From the NCBI RefSeq assembly GCF_009914755.1, contig NC_060929.1: 64,000 nt of DNA; one strand, given 5' to 3'. Both the position numbers and the translations under genes were made by a program. Positions 56,021 through 64,000 of the stretch are shown here, piece after piece. A model generated the notes under the pieces. The model was not told the DNA's origin. It worked only from the letters and a program-made list of their open reading frames with translations, and ran no database searches. Source of the DNA: the human T2T-CHM13v2.0 reference genome, Homo sapiens. The stretch's first letter is position 1. Each line of letters starts with the position of its first letter.

Positions 56021-56865
56021 CACTGTTTCTCATTCACAAGCTATACATTGGTCTTTTTCCTGTTTCTTTGATGTGCCAAACACTTGCTTCTCCTTCTGCC
56101 GGGGACAATTGCCTCTGGTCTTTATCTTTTCATCCACACTAAATGTATTGATATTCTAATACAGATAGCATTTTCAAACAGCCAAGTTATTGTTTTTGTC
56201 ATTCCCTTTTTCTCTGAGCCATTGGGGAGCTGTTGGCTGGTTGATCATGCTCTGTTTTCCCTTCCTTCTTAGGCATACAGGAGACTCTACTTCTTAACTG
56301 ACCATGTGGTCAGTTAAGGCCACGTGGTCAGTGCTAAACAATGAAATGTGAGCCTAAGTAAGAGATGTCACTTCTGAGCTGAGGTTGTGGCCCGTTTGGT
56401 ATTTTCATGACTCATTTCCCGTTATCATTCAGGTCTTGGTTCAAATGCCACTCAAGGATCCCTCTCACCTCCAACCCAGTCACTGCTCACATATTTCATA
56501 GAACAAGGACCCTTTTAAAAATTGCTTGCACTGCTTTATCTCCTGTGTCTAGTACAGTGCCTCGCACATAGCAAGTGCTCAAGAAATGTGTTAAATTCAC
56601 AAACAAAGTGGAAATTAGAAACATCCATGCATCTATTTATCATCCATCTATGCATCCGTTTACAAATTCATTCAACAACTTTTACTGAATCCCCATTATG
56701 AGTCAGGTACTGTGCTAGACAATGCAAAAGTAGATAAAGTAAGATCTTAGCCCTTGAGGTGCTCATAATTGCGTTTGGACAGTAAGACATGTGAGCATAT
56801 AATTATGATGCCATGTAGTATGTGGGCAATAAGAGCGAAACTCCGTCTGGAAAATAAAATGAAAC

Positions 56866-58097
56866 AAAATGGTTCCCAGTGTAGTGGCAAGGTGCTGTTT
56901 AGTGTTCCTAAGCACTAGACATGTGTGATGTGTCTTACAGATAAATCCTTGTATTAGATAAGCTTCATTCAAGCATAAATTACAGTGCTGTGGCCATAAG
57001 TATATTAAGTAATTGTCTTTCTTTTTTCTCTTTCCTTTTCTTTGGAGACAGAGTCTTGCTCTGTTGCCCAGGCTGCAGTGCAGTGGTACAATCCAGCTCA
57101 CTGCAACCTCCATCTCCTGGGTTCAAGCAATTCTTGAGCCTGAGCCTCCCAAGAATCTGGGACTACAGGCGCGTGCCACTAAACCTGGCTAATTTTTTCT
57201 ATTTTAGTAAAGACAGGGTTTCACCGTGTTGTCCAGGCTGGCTTCGAACTCCTGAGCTCAGGCAATCTGCCCACCTTGGCTTCCCAAAGAGCTGGGATTG
57301 CAGGCATGAGCTACCGTGCCTGGCCAAGTAATTGTAAACCAAAAATAAAATTCTAAGGCCCCCCAAGCATCTGAACGGACCTCTCCTCTCAGCCAAGGGC
57401 ATTCCAGAGTTAACCTGAAGATACAGTTCAGGCCATGATGGAAGCAGGGATTAGATATATCTCATTTTACTCCTCCAGCATCAACATCAATACAGTCCTT
57501 CAGTTTGATAAGATACATTTACAATCTATTCTCTCTGAAGCCTGCTACATGGAGGCTTCATCTGCATGATAAAACATTAGTCTCCACAACCCCTTATCTT
57601 GACCCAGACATTCCTTTCTAGTGATAATAACTCTTTCAATCAATTGCCAATCAGAACATTTTATAATCTTCCTATGACCTGGAAGCCCCTCCTCCCTTTG
57701 AGTTTTCCCGCCCTTACAGACCCAACTAAAGTAAATCTTACATTTATTGATTGATGTTTTATGTGTCCCTAAAATGTATAAAAGCAAGCCGTACCCCAAT
57801 AACCCTGGGCACATGTCAGAACCTCCTGAGGCTGTGTGATGAATGCGTCCTTAACCTTGGCAACATAAACTTTCCAAATTGATTGAGACCTGGCTCAGAT
57901 GCTTTTGGGTTCAGATCTTTAAACAGAAAAACACATAAAACAAGGTTATGTATTGATCAGTTGACAAAAACATTGTCACCAAGGGCTGTCGGAACCTAAT
58001 CTTGTATTTTCCCTAGGAGCAATGCGTCAGTATTCACTAATTCAGTGTTTGTGGAGACTTTACAGAACATAACTGCCACAAATAATGAGAATCAACT
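56866..58097 (+). mobile_element. MER44 (Tigger7-derived) relic split by AluJ(- 57018-57325) and an LTR
   Basis: tagtgttcctaagc...ttagataagcttcattca...cacataaaacaaggttatgtattgatcagttg...aataatgagaatcaact. Confidence 0.8.
57333..57915 (+). mobile_element. MER4B/D-type ERV1 solo LTR
   Basis: tgtaaaccaaaaataaaattctaaggcccccc...ccttaaccttggcaa...gattgagacctg; no clear TSD. Confidence 0.8.
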
Positions 58098-58130
58098 CAC
58101 CGGAGACTTGCTTTAAAAACACTTGCAAGA

Positions 58131-58898
<768 letters not shown>

Positions 58899-58957
58899 TC
58901 CTTAGTGTAATTCCATACAAACAAGAACATTGGGATACTCAGAGTCACTTTATTCTT

Positions 58958-59039
58958 TTTTTGTTTTGTTTTGTTTTTGTTTTTTTTTTATTATACTTTA
59001 AGTTTTAGGGTACATGTGCACATTGTGCAGGTTAGTTAC
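58958..59039 (-). mobile_element. Ultra-short young L1 (L1PA2/L1HS-type) 3' tip
   Basis: ttatactttaagttttagggtacatgtgcacattgtgcaggttagttac; TSD ACTTTATTCTT. Confidence 0.9.
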
Positions 59040-59526
59040 TTTATTCTTATTAATACCAGAAGTACCTACCTATGTCTATATTTGACCTGTAAGCCAGCAA
59101 ATGCTAATATAGATCCAAGGACAAATCTAATTTATGCCACTCTAACTAGGGTTTTTCTGGTTTTGTTTAGGTCAACCTGGTATGTGGTGAAATCAAATGT
59201 AAACATACTATACAAAAGCATAGATTTATTTCCAAATACATGACTTAGAAGATATTTTGGAAAAAAGATTTTTTTTTCTTTAAAGAGAGAAGCATTCTTT
59301 CTCTCAGTCGAACTCACATCCAGGACAAGACATTAAAGAAGAATTGCCTTAAAGGGAGAGAGGTTGTCACAAATGCTCTCCCCATGAACCTGCAGGTATA
59401 TGGATAGTCCTTGCCACTGGTTACTAGTTTGTGTAAAAGTGTTGAATGCAATTACGGAGAGGAGATCTTGGGAGCAAACAGATAAAAACATCAATAATTA
59501 TTGCCTGAACATCTCTCATATGATTA

Positions 59527-59685
<159 letters not shown>

Positions 59686-59725
59686 AATTAGGTGAATTTT
59701 TTTTTCATATATATATATATGTGTA

Positions 59726-59756
<31 letters not shown>

Positions 59757-59820
59757 TTTATATATATAGTGTGTGTGTGTGTGTTTGTGTGTTTTCTTAC
59801 CTAAGAATTAGGTGAATTTT
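59686..59820. repeat. Compound (TA)n/(TG)n microsatellite between 15-bp direct repeats
   Basis: AATTAGGTGAATTTT at 59686-59700 and 59806-59820. Confidence 0.9.
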
Positions 59821-59858
59821 GATTTGGGAGAAAGGTCAGGAAAAAATCTAGACCAGAG

Positions 59859-60335
<477 letters not shown>

Positions 60336-60829
60336 CTGATGGGGTGGGCAGCCAGCTTCCAGGAGCTGGGACACCTGCTGATAGTCCTTCCTGCCACTCA
60401 CTGTGATGCAGGTCTATGCTGTGTTCTGAGGACATAATGCATAGATGGAGTGACTCTGGGAGAAGAAAACTTGCAAGGATGTGCTGAGCAATCTGGAAGT
60501 ATGACAGGTCCTGAAAACAAAATTTGTCCGTGTATACATTTTCCCATAACTGTTCCTGTCCTGTTGGGAGCCTAGAGCCACTATTTTCTGAAGAAAATAA
60601 AAAGAGGGTATGTTGGTATTGTGTTGGAATGGGGCCTTTCACAATTAAAGTGGTGATAATCATTGTTTCTAAATTTATATTTTAATGTTAGTGATTCATT
60701 AGCATTCCAAATATCTGCATGCCAAAGAATAAATTTGCCCAATAGCAATACATTTCATATGCTTTTGTGGAGGATTTTCTGACTTTAAAAGCCAGCTGCA
60801 TTCATTTTTCGGGGTCACTGTGACCATTT

Positions 60830-62980
<2,151 letters not shown>

Positions 62981-63079
62981 CCTTTGTTTTAGCTAACACT
63001 GTACTGTATTCAAAAGCCAACCAGTCAGCATGAACTTAATTACACTGAGGCATGAATGCACATTGCTTAGCCTTTGGAA

Positions 63080-63310
63080 TGGGTAGCTTTCATAGGCAAA
63101 TTGCCTGTTTTCTAATCCTGGCTCACTGCCTGCTAGCTGTGTTACTTAACCTCTTAAATTTGAGCAAGTTACTTAACTTCTCTGAGCCTCAGATTCCTTC
63201 CCTGTGAAATGGGGATAATAACAGTACTACCTTGTGGAGCTGATAATGTTCAGGGAATTGATATATGAAAGCACTTAAAAACAGAACCTGGAATATATTT
63301 CAGCTAACAG
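63080..63310 (+). mobile_element. MIR
   Basis: ttgagcaagttacttaacttctctgagcctcag...ctgtgaaatggggataataacagtac. Confidence 0.8.
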
Positions 63311-63393
63311 TACGATTAAAATAGTAGATGAGAAGAGATTGCTAATTTTTTTCCCGTATTCCATTAGAGTTGGTTTTCCCCTTTTCTTTCCAG

Positions 63394-63457
63394 AATGAGT
63401 CACTTGGTGACTTTTAATTAGGGAGTTGCAAACATTTCTGGGAACTTTAGATAAAAG
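63394..63457 (+). other. Candidate non-coding (5' UTR or lncRNA) exon, 64 nt
   Basis: Strong acceptor ttttccccttttctttccag and consensus donor AAG|GTAAGT; contains an 8-codon ATG...TAG. Confidence 0.65.
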
Positions 63458-63500
63458 GTAAGTATTATTTTCTTTTGTCTGTCAGATGAATGTTAAAGAT

Positions 63501-63600
63501 AGCCAAGATGGTGCCACTGCACTCAGCCCAGGCGACAGAGCAAAACTGTCTCAAAAAAGTAATTAAATAAATAAAATAAAATGAAAACAAAAGAAGAAAA
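63501..63600 (+). mobile_element. Alu 3' fragment
   Basis: agccaagatggtgccactgcactc...ctgtctcaaaa plus tail. Confidence 0.85.
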
Positions 63601-64000
63601 ACACTTGGACATATGAGAGGAAATGTATACACATTCAACATTAAAAATTAAAAGCAATTATTCTCAGATTTATGCTTAATGGTGTTAATGATGTTAGAAT
63701 GAAGAAAGCAAATTTCAAAAACAAAGAGAACTTAGATATCATGTGACTCAATCCTTTCTTTATTCATTTTACATTGTTATGTAATCTGGATACCAGTGCC
63801 TGTCACCTGTTTGGAGGCAATTAGACTTCTAATATTTAAATAACTCGTGCCCTTTTTACAACACAGTGAAAACTCAGAGTCTATCCCAGTAATCCTCGAG
63901 TGGCTAACATTTTAGTCATTCTACTCCAATTTGCTGTTATTTGTTGGCATCTCTGGCTCTGCCCTCTCTGATGCCTTTTTTCCATCCTGTTCCCAACATT

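Overview
Primate (most likely human or great ape) nuclear DNA, judged from AluY copies and a young L1PA2/L1HS-type fragment. The window is very repeat-dense: roughly 70-80 Alu copies or fragments by eye, plus MIR, L2, L1, solo LTRs (MLT1, THE1, MER41A/B, MER4, MER21, MER67-like, LTR33-like), DNA transposon relics (MER5, MER30, Tigger3a, MER44) and 7SL and Y1 RNA retrocopies. I recognise no conserved protein-coding exon, and nearly all listed ORFs are Alu, L1 or LTR artefacts. The architecture fits a small CpG-island promoter at about 4.3-4.75 kb (paired ARE/AP-1, HRE and GAS motifs) followed by a long intronic region. There are candidate + strand exons at 48950-49084 and 63394-63457 and candidate antisense exons at 30196-30353 and 37945-38037. 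I could not identify the host gene. I found no convincing new biological system. The best leads are regulatory (MER41B/MER41A pair, ETS/AP-1/CTCF cluster), two ancient local duplications, an old palindromic element, template-switch palindromes and a non-repeat 113-aa ORF. Repeat family calls come from remembered consensus sequences, not an alignment, so subfamilies and boundaries are approximate.
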